Of a DNA stretch of 64,000 nt, positions 1 through 14,003 are shown in pieces. Origin of the DNA: Octopus sinensis. Its lineage: Eukaryota. Each line of letters starts with the position of its first letter. Within the stretch, counting starts at the first letter, position 1. The DNA lies in contig NC_043010.1 in NCBI RefSeq assembly GCF_006345805.1, positions 40,176,001 to 40,240,000 on the forward strand, given 5' to 3'. The translations under genes and the position numbers were made by a program. The notes under the pieces were generated by a model that saw only the letters and a list, made by a program, of their open reading frames with translations, had not been told where the DNA came from and made no database searches.

Positions 1-776
1 CTATCCCTCTGAGAATAATTGCATAATTTTAAACGTAAAACTCCGCTCTCAATCCGTTCAACACTGTTTTGTCTAGGACATAAGCCTTACATTCAAATCT
101 TTCTTTACTTAATCAAGGCTAATAATTTCAGCATTGCTACCGAAAATTGTTCTATGTTTAGTACAGAGAAATGTTAGAATGATTTTATTGTATGAGATTA
201 GAACTATTTGGCATATAAATTTTCTCGTTACAATATTTAATAAGCTTGAGAATATTCTTTGCTTCTGTGACCATTTCCTAATAACCATTAACAATTTTCC
301 TAATAAAATTCGATTACTATATTCCGTAGATAGGTTTCACTTCTATTTAAAGGACTTAGATCGTTTACTTTCCTATATTTTTGCTCAACTTTAACTTCTA
401 TTAATAACTATAAAGTAGTTTTGTTGCTATATATTAATGTACAGAGCAACATTCATAACATTTAGCCAAGTCTTTTACATTCATTTATTCTCCATCAATC
501 TAAAGCATTTTTTTGTCTTTTCCATTTTTCTTTTATTCCGTACTTTTACACATTTTTAATAAAAGGCAAATATGTTTTCACCTATTCACCATTTAATGTA
601 TATATATATGTATATATATATATGTGTGTGTGTGTGTGTGAAAGCACATGGCTCAGTGGTTAGAGCGCTTACGATCGTGAGGCTCACTTCCCCAGACCAT
701 GGTTTCTGACTTATTTTAGTAAATAAAAATAATAATAAAAATTATACACACACACACACGCACACACATACACACA

Positions 777-832
<56 letters not shown>

Positions 833-1369
833 CGTTTCTACATATATGCATATACATATGAATATTATTTTAAACTATTTCAAATTTTTACAAAGTGATG
901 TATAGATATCACATATTATGATGAATTTTATAAGAACAAAATCCGTTAAGATATTTGTAGAGAGGTTGTTTGATAATACTCGTTCCAAAACTTCCAAAGG
1001 GAAATTTAAGAGACCTGTGGATACTTATAAATCTCTGCACTCATACCAGTTACTCAATGAAGCGTGTATGAGTCATCTAGTTGCTGATTTAAGAATTCTA
1101 GATAACAGCATTTATATTCTGGGTGAGCATTATTATATGGAATATAAGTACCATCTATGGTGTTTTTTGTCAGTGGATTTCTGTAATCATTATTCGGATC
1201 TTGCCAGGTCAAGTATAGTTCATTTTTAATTTCCACGTTCTATTTTCTTTTGCGTTGCACCGGGGTGTGAGTGGAAGCAGAAATTCCTTGGTGGAGATAC
1301 ATTAAATGTGTGTAAATGTGTGTGTGGATATGTATGAATGTGTATACGTACACACACACACAAACATAT

Positions 1370-1532
1370 ATATATATACCCTCACACCCATATATTTATA
1401 TATGAATATATATATATATATGTATATATGTATATGTATATATACATATATTTATATATGTATGTCTATATATATATATATAATATATATATATATCATA
1501 TATATATATATATCTATATATATATATTATAT

Positions 1533-1568
<36 letters not shown>

Positions 1569-1579
1569 ATATATAATAT

Positions 1580-1611
<32 letters not shown>

Positions 1612-1626
1612 ATATGATATATATAT

Positions 1627-1661
<35 letters not shown>

Positions 1662-1790
1662 GATATATATATATATGAATATAATATATATATATATATA
1701 ATATATATATATATATATGAATATATATATATATCTATATATATATATATATATATATAAATATACATACATATACATATATATATGTAT
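1370..1790. repeat. (TA)n-rich microsatellite, representative of dozens in the window
   Basis: Direct reading. Other long tracts include 13500-13810, 18110-18365, 27200-27530, 43330-43450 and 45175-45520. Confidence 0.98.
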
Positions 1791-2210
1791 GTATGCACGT
1801 ATGTATATAAGCGCTTGAATGTGTAACAGTAATGCCCCACCACCGCAACCACCACCACAAATTACACCCCAGCACAATGGGCAAATGCATACAATATTCA
1901 ACCTGAGATAACCTATCATTGATCTGACACGACCTGAACCCCAATTAGCGAAATCTGCAGTCAGCACATGATTTGTACTACACGTATAAAAAAAAATAAT
2001 TTCCCATCATTCATGCTATGTTAGCGTATCCTCCTATTAGCAGAACGCTAGTTTCTTTTCACATCCGCATTTATAGGTTGCCTGGAGAGAATCCTCTTTA
2101 GAATTTTCCTTAGAAATATTGACAATAAATGTTTCACGAGCGGAATTACATTACTCCGTGTTTCATCTTCAGGAATTTTAATAAATTCTTTTATGCTTAT
2201 TCTGCTTATA

Positions 2211-2634
2211 TTTTGACTCTTTTACTTGTTTCAGTCATTTGACTGCGGGCATGCTAGAGCACCGCCTTTAGTCGAGCAAATCAACCCCAGGACTTATTCT
2301 TTGTAAGCCTAGTACTTACTCTATCGGTGTCTTTTGCCGAACCACTAAGTTACGGGGACGTAAACACACCAGCATCGATCGACAAGCGATGTCGGGGCGG
2401 GGACAAACACAGACATACAAACATATACACACACATACATATACATATATATATATATATACATATATACGACGGGCTTCTTTCAGTTTCCATCTACCAT
2501 ATCCACTCACAAGGCTTTGGTCGGCCCGAGGCTACAGTAGAAGACAATTGCCCAAGGTATCACGCAGTGGGACTGAACCCGGAGCCATGTGGTTGGTAAG
2601 CAAGCTACTTACCACACAGCCACTCCTACGCCTA
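2211..2634 (-). mobile_element. tRNA-derived SINE family A (central TA/TG microsatellite; core resembles the MetaSINE domain)
   Basis: The reverse complement reads AGGCGTAGGAGTGGCTGTGTGGTAAG...GGTTCAGTCCCACTGCG (A/B-box-like head), then GGGCCGACCAAAGCCTTGTGAGTGGA core, a microsatellite, and a tail ending TGACTGAAACAAGTAAAAGAG. It matches 8 other copies in the window. The MetaSINE resemblance is from memory. Confidence 0.85.
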
Positions 2635-3545
2635 TATAAAATTATGAACAACCTTAATTGATTTTCGATACTTATGGGCTTATCAGAAACGTCTACATAA
2701 TTCTGAGTTTTTAATGATTTGTAAAAAAAATTGTCTATACCTTTTTATATGCGGGACATGTAATTCCCGCGAAGTTGATACAATCTGAGATGATCCATCG
2801 TGAGAGACTGATCTTCGTAACATCGAAAATCGGTGCACTGGGCTTAGAAACACCAGAACTCCGTCGGTTACGAGGATGCGAGTTGTATCGCAGTTGATCC
2901 GCTCAACGGAACAACCTGCTCCTGAAATAAACGTGCAAGTGGCTGAATATCTCAGAGAAAAGCGTGTCCTAAACATAGTTTTCGGGGAGATTCAGCGCGA
3001 CACAGAATATAACAATATAAGCTACTACTTTAAAATGCTGGTTCTACTAATTTCTGCTAGATGAGGGGACTGGGACAACGTGAAGTAAAGTGTCTTTCTC
3101 AAGGACACGATCCTCCGCATGTAATCGAACTCATGGCCATAAGATCGTGAGCCGGACACTCTAACATATACCTAATTCTTGGAATTCTTGTACCTCGGGA
3201 TTACTCTTCCTGTTCATTCGGATAATGCCACTCTACACCTTAATTGGAAATCATTACCATTTTTCTGTGACCCCTCTACTTTATCTCGTCCTCCGTCTAC
3301 CTATCTCCTGTTCTACTTGCATTTTCCCCACCTTTTCTCTTTCTCTTTTCCTTTTCGTCGCCAACAATAACAACTACACCGGCATTCATACCTTCTCACC
3401 ATGCCTGACCTCCTCTCCTTATTCCAACACCTTCAATCCCTTCTTTTTTCTTCACCCATTCCCTTCTGATCATTTCAATATGTGATCGCGTGTGTATCAT
3501 TGGCGATTTTCTTTTTCCGGCTTCCCTGTTTTGGACTTTTTCTAT

Positions 3546-3580
3546 ATTTCCGATGAAGAGCTCCGCTCGAAATGTGAAGT
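3546..3580 (+). ncRNA. Decayed hammerhead-like motif after a CT-rich PLE-like tail
   Basis: CCGAUGA-A-GAGC-UCC-GCUC-GAAAUGU. Helix I and the cleavage triplet are degenerate. Confidence 0.4.
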
Positions 3581-5294
3581 TCTCTTTCTTTTCTTTCCTT
3601 TCCTCGCGTTGTTGTTTTTTCTTGCTTGCATATGTATGTGAATTGGAGTTTGCTGATGCAGATTTTCTATACCCAGATGCTATTGCTATTACCAACTCTT
3701 CCATATTTCTAAGCATGGTACCGTTTTCCCAAAGCCAAACGTGATTTTACAGAAAACTGAATATGTATTCCGTCCCTTTACAATACTCACGCGATGTCAA
3801 GACAAGCTGATACAGATACACTCACACACACACGTATACATATATATACTTACATACACATAAGGGCAGCGAGCAGGCGGAATATTTACCAGGTTTATAA
3901 AGTTCTCTTTCACGTGGAGTGTTTAAAAAAAAAAACGTTGCGATGCTTTGGAGGCAGATGATCATTATCATTACACTTTGACAAAATTTCTTCTTTAATA
4001 AAGTGAACATAATACATTATTATTAACGTTTTACCGTACAAAGTTTCCATAATGGGAACAAATTTTAAAATTGCATTACAAATGTACTTATAATCAATAG
4101 TCGAATTAGACTGCTTAATTACGTTTATTTATGCACCACTTAATATCTACTGAAGTTACACTAATCATGTTTAATGATTCTTTCATGTAAACCAGCAATA
4201 AATTTGATGAAAATGTCATATAAGAGCAAAGTAAATTTTGAAGGTCATACTTTTTTATATGATACTTTTTTTCTACATTTAGCTATTCTTCAGATATGAA
4301 TATAATACACATATCATATAAAACTAAAGTACTACCAATTCTGTAGTTTATGTAGTATTTACAGTAGTTTATATAAAGAATTAGCATACTCTGGCACCTA
4401 AAATTGCTTCTAGACTATACGACGTGTGTAACACATTTTGTTTTTTCTCAAACCGCTTCTACTTTAGTTTATTGCGACTGTGATGTGTTTAATCTTGTTG
4501 AAACCTGTATCTCACGGCAGTAATTATAGAAACTTGTGCATAGCTACACTCAGCGTCTCTGTTCTCTTCTTATTCTGCTAAAAAAAACTGCATAAAGCAC
4601 GCAGTGGGTAGTACCATAGAATGTTCCATTATTTTAGCTTCTATTTTGTGTATCTTTTAATTATTTTCATTTTAGTAAGGATGCATTTTTAGTGTAATAA
4701 AAAAAAAATAATCACATAAATATAAACATATAATAGAAAATACATATTCTTAAGTTAATCTCCGTATTCTATTCATTATGTTGTGATATACTTATCAAAA
4801 TACAATTGATTTCAATGTGGTTTATTTTTACTATTATCAGGCTAACGTTCCTATTTTGGGAACATGGTAAAAAACTAGGAAACTTATATTTTTCGTGCAA
4901 ATTTGATACATAAAACTAATATTGAATGGGAAACAAGCAATGTAGTCAAATATTACGATTTGCCTATCATTGCAACTATAAGCCGCCTCTGAAGTCTTGT
5001 AATTAAAGTTTTGTAATTTTACTTTGTAGCTGAAGGGTTCTAATGTTATATGTTGCAATATTTATCGTTTTAACTCCTATTTATATGCAGATGTTGCTTT
5101 CGTCATCGTTATTTGTTTTTTAATAGGGTTGTATTTTTTTCTGTCCGTAGAGGATGTCTTGTTGTTGCCTTATGTATTCCCCGGCTGCAAATATTGCCAT
5201 ATATTTAGAAAACAAACTAAAACAGTATCAAATAGGAACGACATCTTCCTTCTGTCTCTTTTTTATTTACTTTTGTTGGCAGTGTTTGAAAATG

Positions 5295-5475
5295 AAATCT
5301 AGTAATCTTTTCTACTAGAGTGACAAGGCCTCTGAAATTTGGTACTTATTTTATCGACAGCCAACGATGAAAAGTAAAATCGAATCGGCAGAATTTAAAC
5401 TCGGAATGTAAAGATAGATGAAAATTCGCTGAGCATTTTAACGGTGTATTAACGATTCTGCCAGCACACCACCTC
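5295..5475 (-). mobile_element. SINE family B, degenerate
   Basis: AGAATTTAAACTCGGAATGT...CGATTCTGCCAGC similarity to family B. Confidence 0.7.
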
Positions 5476-6563
5476 CTGGGATATTAAAAAAAATAAAAAG
5501 CAATAATGAGTAGCAAATTCAGATTTGGAATGAAAATATATCTTGTGTATCTTATACAGGTTTCTTATCGCTTATCGTTGAATTAGCGAATTGGTAGCCA
5601 CTCCGAATTAACATTCAGAAGTGGTTAAAACTCTCACAGATAATTCGATTGAGTTCCCGACATAACTTTGCTTCTTATCATCTTTTAAGTATATACAACT
5701 GAAAGTCATTTAGCATTCTTCATATATTTTATGTATTTGGTAACATATTGATGTTCTAGAGTCATAAAAGTGGGGTATTACGAAAGAAATTAAAGATTCT
5801 AAACGTATTTTCCATGTGTCTCAAGTTGATCTACACTACACTCGCTACAGTTGTCTTACGTAAGCCTTACTCAACCCTGATCGAGAAGACCTTGTCTATG
5901 AGATATAGAAATTCTATGAAAACATTATCCAGTGTAGAATAATGTTGTAAAGTGAGGTAGAGTTTGGTAGATATTTTTGTTACATGTTTCTATGTATGTC
6001 GGCATATCTTCTATAGTATGTACACACATAGACACAATTATATACCTTATCTGTAATGATATATTAATGACTCAAAACCCAAGTATTTCTTGCGCTACAT
6101 TAATGAGATGAAGTTGTCAGTTGAACAATCCAGCACACAAAACCATCAGGTTTTTAAGACATCATTGATTAGTTCTACGGTTAAATAATAGAGAGTATCG
6201 CCTACTTTTGCATATTCAGGTCCGCCTTCCGTGTTTAGTTTACTCCATTAAATTTATATTTACGTGTTTATATATGTGTGTATAACTGTATCAACCAGAT
6301 TATATGGTGTTGTTATACACCATTGTTCACGATGCCCTTCCTCGTATTGGAATAATGACACTCTACTGGCTGGATAAGTAGGCTAACGTAATTCTCGCAC
6401 GATTGCCTAGTTACAACTGAATGGGCTGAGCTAAAGTGAAATTGGGTGTTTTGCTCAAGAGAACAAAGCCAGGCCGATCTAGGATTCGAAACCACGATCT
6501 TGCAATTATGTATGCGGTACCTTGCACACTAGTCCACGTGCCTCAATACGAACACAGACACAC

Positions 6564-6610
<47 letters not shown>

Positions 6611-7336
6611 TGCGCATGAAACGAAAATATCAAGATGTTAAATAGTTCAAATACTTTTAAATAAATGATAAACGTACGTTTAATTTTGTTCAGTCAAAAG
6701 CAACATATGCCGTCAAATCTGAAGGCGAAGGTGTCAATTTGGGAATACCTATATTTTGGTACTCTTTTGCAAACTTTTCCTGGATAAACGTTGACATTCT
6801 TAGGGCAGCGTATCATAGCTTTTAGCCTGGTGCAAGAAACCTTCTCTCTCTCTCTTTCACTGCTTCGTTCTGTCTCTCCGTTTCTTTTTATATTCTTCTC
6901 ATTCATTCATCTCTTAACGTTGCGTGTTTAAACATCATAAATGAGAAATTTAACCAATGGAAAATAAAAATGACCTGGCCTCAGACATTTCACTCTTCTT
7001 GTCTATCATCTACACTATCAATACAGTTAAGATAACGATTATACAATGAAAAATAATGCGTATCACACAAAGCATTCTAAAGATTTTAGATGCAGGCAAG
7101 AGATGTGGTATCCCCTGTCAACCTTCCCATCAATGCTCGTATAACTCCCAGCACATAATGGCATTTTTGGAGATGCAATCATATTCACTTCAAACGTGAT
7201 GTACATCAATAACTAACAGACAGTTTAGTTCATCTCACTATTGACGTATACTCTTCTCTACACCACTAAAAATAATCTCTATCGGATTCGGCGTTTACAT
7301 ATATATATATATATATATATTTATTTATATTTATGT

Positions 7337-7383
<47 letters not shown>

Positions 7384-7384
7384 A

Positions 7385-7432
<48 letters not shown>

Positions 7433-7677
7433 GTAAGAAAGTATGCATTTATATGAATGTAGGTGTGTAATGTGAATATTAGGTAACCTTTGTTAACGTG
7501 ATTTCTGATTTAATCGACAGCGCACGAAAAAAAAGAGAGAAAACGAAATTGCATGATAATAGGTTTTCAAGTCAATATGCAAATCTCGTGTAAAATGGCT
7601 ACTTTGTATTTCTTGTTGCACATGTATACGCCCCCGAACATACACGCACGTAGACAGGCACATACGCATGCACACAT

Positions 7678-7727
<50 letters not shown>

Positions 7728-7757
7728 GTAAATATATGTATGTTTATATATATATAA

Positions 7758-7794
<37 letters not shown>

Positions 7795-8959
7795 TTATAT
7801 GTATATATAAAAGTATACACACACACACTCACATATATATATAATTACATACCACGCATACTCCCACGCGCACACAGGCAACATATTTACATATTCCTAC
7901 ATATCTTCCCCCCCCACATATATATATATATAATACTGATAATATATATATGTATGAATGCTTGTGTGTATGTATATATATATGTAACTGCACAGCATTG
8001 ATTTAAAATTCAGAAAATATTTACGATTACAATTATCCTTGCTGTAAATTGAAATAAAATTTAAACAAACGCTTTTATTATTTTTCTGTTTTTGCTGTTG
8101 TTCTTTATATTTCGCAGTAGGCAGAAAAATTATGAACTTTTGTCCCGACCAGTTGCATATCTATTTCGCGATCCATTAGAAATAAGCCAATAAATGATAC
8201 GTAATAACAAATAATTATACTTATTCATTTATTTATTTATTTCTGTTCCTAATTATTGCTGAGCTATGCAAATTTATCGTTTTCTGTTAACGTACATCGC
8301 AATATGCTATTACTCTTTTCTTAGCCGAAAACGAGAGTAATTTCCTTCGATGTGACTGTAAGTGGGGTTGAAACTCACCAGGAAAAGTAGGGATAATACT
8401 TCTCCAATTTGTGCGGCCTATTTAATTGAGTACGCTCAACTGAGTTTGAGATCCATTGTATGTTCAAGTTCAAATTCATGTTAGACATTACATAACCTGT
8501 ATCACATGATAATCAATTAACGTCGCTGTGTTCTTACATTTAAAGAAACGTCTTACATCAAATGACTATTGTTGTGATTTGTTTTAACCGCTTTAAATTA
8601 TAAATCTTTTAGTTGCTTACATCAAAAGTGTTTGCTATTTGAAAAGAACAGGAACATTCAGCAGAAAGACGTAGAGGTTTCAAACATTGAAGTAAACTAT
8701 AAGTCTAGCAGAAATATAGTGAAAGTCCCTTCCAAGTAATCTACTCAGTATAGCATTGTCGAGGGGGTGAATATATTTTATTAACTAGATGTATTCGATA
8801 ATGTATTTACATTAATTATACAAACATACCTAATACATACATTTCAACGATGTGTTTCCACTGCGTAAGATTCGTAAATGATTATTCTAAATTGATAGTA
8901 CTTCATATAACATACTTGATATATTGATGTGTTGTTTGACCAATTGCTTAATTCGTACA

Positions 8960-9095
8960 TTAGGCTTCTCAAAACCAGAAAGGTGAAACCTAATTCGAAG
9001 ACTGCAGATCCAATCCATCACTGGAACTGTGAAAATCAGGTAAAACTTTCCAGAAGTTTATCGTTTAAATATATATGTGCATGCCTAGAAACTAT
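8960..9095 (+). mobile_element. 5'-truncated 3' end of an RLE-type LINE (same family as 16866)
   Basis: Near-identical to 17165-17295 (TAGGCTTCTCAAAACCAGAAAGG...TTTAAATATATATGTGCATGCCTAG). Confidence 0.8.
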
Positions 9096-9130
9096 TGAAT
9101 ACATACATACACGCATAACTATAAACATTT

Positions 9131-9165
<35 letters not shown>

Positions 9166-9229
9166 CGTACATAAATACATACGCACATTATCTATCCATC
9201 TATCTATCCATCTATCTGTCCATACATAT

Positions 9230-9990
9230 GAGAAACACGGGACCGACCTATCCGAGATGCAGTGAGAGCGACGAAACCGTCCTGCACGCACTCGTACAGT
9301 GTCCAACAATTTCCGACCTGTAGGCCTATGTCGAACGATTGCTATCGTGTGTGGGACGAGTCCCTTTATCAACCGAGTCTATCGTGAATATGGTCGCCCC
9401 TCATTCCTTGAAAGGAAGAGCCAGTTTCATCGTACTTGTGACTATGGCGAAAGAATGTGTATGGTGGACGCTTCTGAAAGGTCTTGAGACAAACACTTTC
9501 TTCTCTGGTCAATCTCCCATCAACTTCTTCAAGTATTACTTGACGAAGAAGGTCAGAGTAGAGAGAGAAGTTTTGTCTGGTGAATGTTTCAAAAAAAGAT
9601 AGGTGAATGTAGCAAAGATGGCACGCGTGAATGACGGAGCCAGCTTGAGCATAATCCTATGACCCCCACACCAACCCAAATACGAATGGAAAAAAGAGAG
9701 CCACTTACTGAAATATGTTTTATTTTTGCATGACACTATTGCCCAAGGTTCCCGTGGTCTTTTTCGTAGGCTTTTCTATCCACGTACAAACCTAATCTGT
9801 TTTCCCTTTTTACATTGACATTCCTGTGATACACGATCCCTATTGATCGTCACCACATTTTGTTTTCACTATCCCTTCTGATCGGAATTCGACCCATTTT
9901 CCTTCTCTTCTTCCCCAAAAGAAAAGCTCTACTTCGTATTTTGTCCCTACTGTGTTCAGCGCAGGCCAATAAAGAAATCTATATATCCAT
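9230..9990 (+). pseudogene. Tx1/L1-clade LINE 3' end (zinc knuckle, ORF2 C-terminus and 3' UTR), decayed
   Basis: Translates as ...PRCSESDETVLHALVQCPTISDL*AYVERLLSCVGRVPLSTESIVNM...KECVWWT...REVLSGECFKKR. The Cx2Cx7Hx4C-like knuckle is typical of L1/Tx1 ORF2. Confidence 0.8.
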
Positions 9991-10085
9991 ACATGCATAC
10001 ATATATGCATCACTTTCTCTCTCCCACTCTCTCTCCCCAAACACCCATACATATATGACACAGATAATATATATATATATATATA

Positions 10086-10657
10086 TGCTAAGCTACTTGG
10101 TGTTGAATTAATGGTATTATCAAATTAATATCAATTTTTCACCCTCATTTATAAATTTATAAATTTAATTATGCGGCAGTAAATATTTTATTTTATGCAG
10201 CATACGTTTCCAATGAGTCTTAGCATGCTTTTCGCGGGGAATTTGAGGCATAACTACAAATGCAATCAGTTAAACCGCACGTGTATTTGACGCTCGTGTA
10301 GGTCTAATTAATTGTATTTAAGACAAACCTCTGCTGAGGATTTATAGATGTCCATGTTAGTAAAACTACATATTACATTAGTAATGAAACAATTGTTCAG
10401 GGTCAATCTATTTATTCGTTATATTTCACTTTCCTTCCGTTAAATATAATGTTATTTCTACTTGGAAACATCTTTTCTGTGGCTATACTAACGGAGCTAT
10501 TTTTAGCACTAGAGCTATCCACATAGTGGTAACTCTCTAATAACTTATGTATAAATTTGTATTATCTCCTTAGTTTTTTTGTGCTAAGCCACTTGGTGTT
10601 GAATTAATGGTATTATTAAATCAATATCAATTTTTCACCCTCATTTATAGATTTAAA
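10086..10657 (+). repeat. About 72-bp direct repeat (10086-10157 and 10582-10657)
   Basis: TGCTAAGC(T/C)ACTTGGTGTTGAATTAATGGTATTAT...TTTTCACCCTCATTTATA occurs twice. Confidence 0.85.
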
Positions 10658-10660
10658 TAT

Positions 10661-10708
<48 letters not shown>

Positions 10709-10843
10709 ACGACCTCGAACACACAAGTGCAAACAAGGGAGACAGAGAAAGGCAGAATGCCACTTATATTTGAACACTATACAAATATTCCTTTTAAAAA
10801 AACTTTTCTTCTAATTTTTCTAAATTTAATTATTTAATCGTTA

Positions 10844-10881
10844 CAGTTGAAAAGGTCTCAAAATGACCGAAACCGGTACTG
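10844..10881 (+). ncRNA. Decayed hammerhead motif
   Basis: CAG-UUGAAAA-GGUC-UCAAAAU-GACC-GAAA-CCGGU-A-CUG. All three helices are intact, helix III is palindromic (ACCGGU), and the core has two transitions relative to CUGAAGA. Confidence 0.55.
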
Positions 10882-10929
10882 AAATGTTCTTTATAAAATT
10901 ATTTTAGCATTTTCTATTTTGACTTGTTT

Positions 10930-10978
<49 letters not shown>

Positions 10979-11477
10979 AATGCAAAATTTCACATATGCA
11001 CATCTCATTGACAAAACCATACACACGATAAAACAGTGTTTATACTCAAACGGATACATACAGTAACGTATCCAAAAGATGAAAGCAGAAAAAAATATTT
11101 ACTCTCATTTATGGAGATATGTCAGTTGTAAAGATATGATAACATGATTCATGAGAAAATGTAAAATATAATAACTGACATTTATAATGTTGCAATAACT
11201 TGATAAATTAACTATCGACTAACGTGGTATAATGTAATAATGTAATACTGCAACGTAATGATATCATAATAAAACTGTAAAAAATTGAGTGAAATAAATT
11301 TTGTTAAAATAATATCGATGAAAAGTTATAAAACGTAGTATCAAGGGATGAAAACAGAAATTAAAATAAGGATGACATCAAGTTAGCATTAAATTACCAT
11401 GGTATTAAAAATAAGGATTTAAATGTTTATAATCGATTGAATGCTGCGTTATATTTTTACACGAAATTATTCACATT

Positions 11478-11525
<48 letters not shown>

Positions 11526-11806
11526 CGTTTGCCATGTGAATTTATGGAAAAGTATCCCATAAAACTCAACAAATTTATTTAAAGTGTAGAAGAGAAAATG
11601 GTAAAATATGAAAGAACTCTAATTCATCCATACGATCATTCCAAACAGCGTTATTAAAATATGCAAATTCATTGTAGAATAGAAATAATTGAATTAATTT
11701 GATTAAATTAAAATAATCATATATCCCAGTTCTCCTCAGTTCAAGAAGTATAAACAAATCATTATTACAGAGGACTTGATAAAGGAAATAGCAAAGGATG
11801 ATTTCG

Positions 11807-11940
11807 GATGTTGTTGCGTGGACGTCCCCAGACGATGAAGTAGGCTGGCCCAATACATAGATATACAGGGGGAAGGTCTCTGACGTCTAGTCTTCTTCCT
11901 GTTGGGCTAGCCTACTTCATCATCTGGTCCACACAACGTC
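11807..11940. other. Extended fold-back (28-bp core stem 11828-11855 / 11900-11927)
   Basis: CCAGACGATGAAGTAGGCTGGCCCAATA pairs with TGTTGGGCTAGCCTACTTCATCATCTGG (1 mismatch, 2 G-U), with additional inner and outer helices. Confidence 0.75.
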
Positions 11941-12086
11941 GCGTTGAGTAACGGTGAGTGTCGAGTTGTGTAGAGACATCCGAAGGTGCGACATAACAGA
12001 TATTCATATTTATTCTTATGAAAAACACGAGCATCATAATAAAGAATGTAAATCTAGTTATGTATAAACTGATATATATATATACA

Positions 12087-12162
<76 letters not shown>

Positions 12163-12564
12163 TGTGCGTGTGTGTGTGTGTGTGCATTACCGTGCGTGCA
12201 GTCAAACTCACACAAGCATGCATATGAACGCATACATGCATACTAGAATGCATGCATCTACATATACACAAACTGCTATATTTGATACCTCTCGACTCTC
12301 CAATGAAAATTAGTATTTTTTTCATGAGAGAGTGGAAGTAAAATATATCATATCATGCTTCAAAAGGACGAAATTTTGGAGTCAGGTACTACGCTTTTTA
12401 AAGCAGTTGCTTGTAAGTGCTGATACGTCTGTTCCTCGTTCGTCATTACGTTCGTTATCATATAAACTTTATATGAAGATTATCGTAGTTATCTCTCGTT
12501 CGCTTTACCGAAAGGTTAATAAATAGCACCCCGCCAACCGTCGTATTACACCTTACTGAATTAA

Positions 12565-12618
12565 ATGAAGAGGGAAAGAGAGAGAGAGAGAGAGAGAGGG
12601 GGGAGGACCGAGATAGAC

Positions 12619-12696
<78 letters not shown>

Positions 12697-12970
12697 ATAA
12701 ACAGACATATAGACGGACAGATAGATTGATTGATAGATAAACAGACATATAGACGGACAGATAGACAAACAGACAGACAGACAGATAGCTAGATAGATAG
12801 ATAGACAGACAGACAGACAAGCAGAGAGACAGATAGCTGGATAGATGGATAAATTGATAGATGGATAGATAGATAGATAGAGAGAGAGAGGGAAGGAAGC
12901 AGTGAGACACATATATGGGTAGATAGATAGATCGATAGATAGATAGATCGATAGATAGATAGATAGAGAA
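12565..12970. repeat. (GA)n/(TAGA)n/(CAGA)n compound microsatellite
   Basis: Direct reading. Similar tracts lie at 40170-40285, 40760-41005, 49050-49200 and 49670-49875. Confidence 0.97.
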
Positions 12971-13092
12971 AAGGACAATAGTGATGGACAGATGAGGACA
13001 GACAGACAGGTAAATGTTTTCTTGTTTGCAACATACCTAATTATAAAACAGTTTTCTTGCAGCAGGTATAATCAGGTATAATCAGGTATTAA

Positions 13093-13327
13093 GGCGGCGA
13101 GCTGGCAGGAACGTTAGCACACCGGGCGAAATGCTTAGCGGTATTTCGTCTGCGTTACGTTGTGAGTTCAAATTCCACCGAGGTCGACTTTGCCTTTCAT
13201 CCTTTCGAGGTCGATAAATTAAGTACCAGTTACGCACAGGGGTCGATGTAATCGACTTAATACCTATGTCTGTCCTTGTTTGTCCGCTCTCTGTTTAGCC
13301 CCTTGTTGGTAATAAAGAAATAGGTAT
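13093..13327 (+). mobile_element. tRNA-derived SINE family B with a probable 16-bp target-site duplication
   Basis: GGCGGCGAGCTGGCAG...GAGTTCAAATTCC (B-box)...AATAAAGAAATAGG. AGGTATAATCAGGTAT is present at 13074-13089 and at 13322-13337. Confidence 0.9.
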
Positions 13328-13524
13328 AATCAGGTATAAATTTTTCAATCAAGTCTCACACGAACCTCAGTCACAAATAAAAGCATAACAATGATAGCCA
13401 CAACGTAGAAGGTACATTGAGTAAATTCACAGATACTTTTAAATAAGCTCAAGCATTTTTATGCTTCATTTTCCAACTATTACCAAATTTCGTGCGTGTG
13501 TGTATGAGTATGTATGTATATATA

Positions 13525-13583
<59 letters not shown>

Positions 13584-13588
13584 TATAT

Positions 13589-13623
<35 letters not shown>

Positions 13624-13752
13624 CATATAATATAATATAATATAATATAATATATATTGTGACTATTTCTATTTTCTCACTTGACCGCTGGTTGCAGAAA
13701 ATTTTTCTTGAATTTTTTCTTGAATTCTTTTTTGCTACCCTATATTGATAAA

Positions 13753-13808
<56 letters not shown>

Positions 13809-13820
13809 TATATATATACA

Positions 13821-14003
13821 GACGCCATGATAGAACGTGAGCCATTGTTTCTCTCTTTGTTTTCTGTGTCCCTTTCTGTAGAAGAGCGTCGGCTCGAAAC
13901 TTAAAAGACTTTTTTCTATTCCTGAGCGTTATACTAATACATCTGTTTGTTTTGTACACCACCTGTATTCGTCTTTTGTTGCTTTTTTCGTAAACTCTCC
14001 CTA
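13821..14003 (+). mobile_element. About 180-bp non-autonomous repeat with a hammerhead-like motif (CUGUAGA core), inserted in (TA)n
   Basis: Same unit as 33005-33180(-) and 33660-34310(+). The motif at 13872-13907 is CUUU-CUGUAGA-A-GAGC-GUCG-GCUC-GAAAC-UUA-AAAG. Confidence 0.75.

Noticed and set aside
918-1236. Overlapping 103-aa plus and 60-aa minus ORFs, with a faint YSDLA similarity to mariner YSPDLAP
   Set aside because: No other transposase or protein motif and no convincing splice signals.
2121-2172. Minus-strand CUGAAGA...GAAAC-AUUUAUU-GUC hammerhead-like string
   Set aside because: Helix I cannot be formed and the base of helix II is irregular. It may be a very old relic but is not supportable.
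2683-2976. 97-aa minus ORF that looks protein-like
   Set aside because: Its core (about 2855-2960) is a degenerate 3' end of SINE family C (compare 15890-15953).
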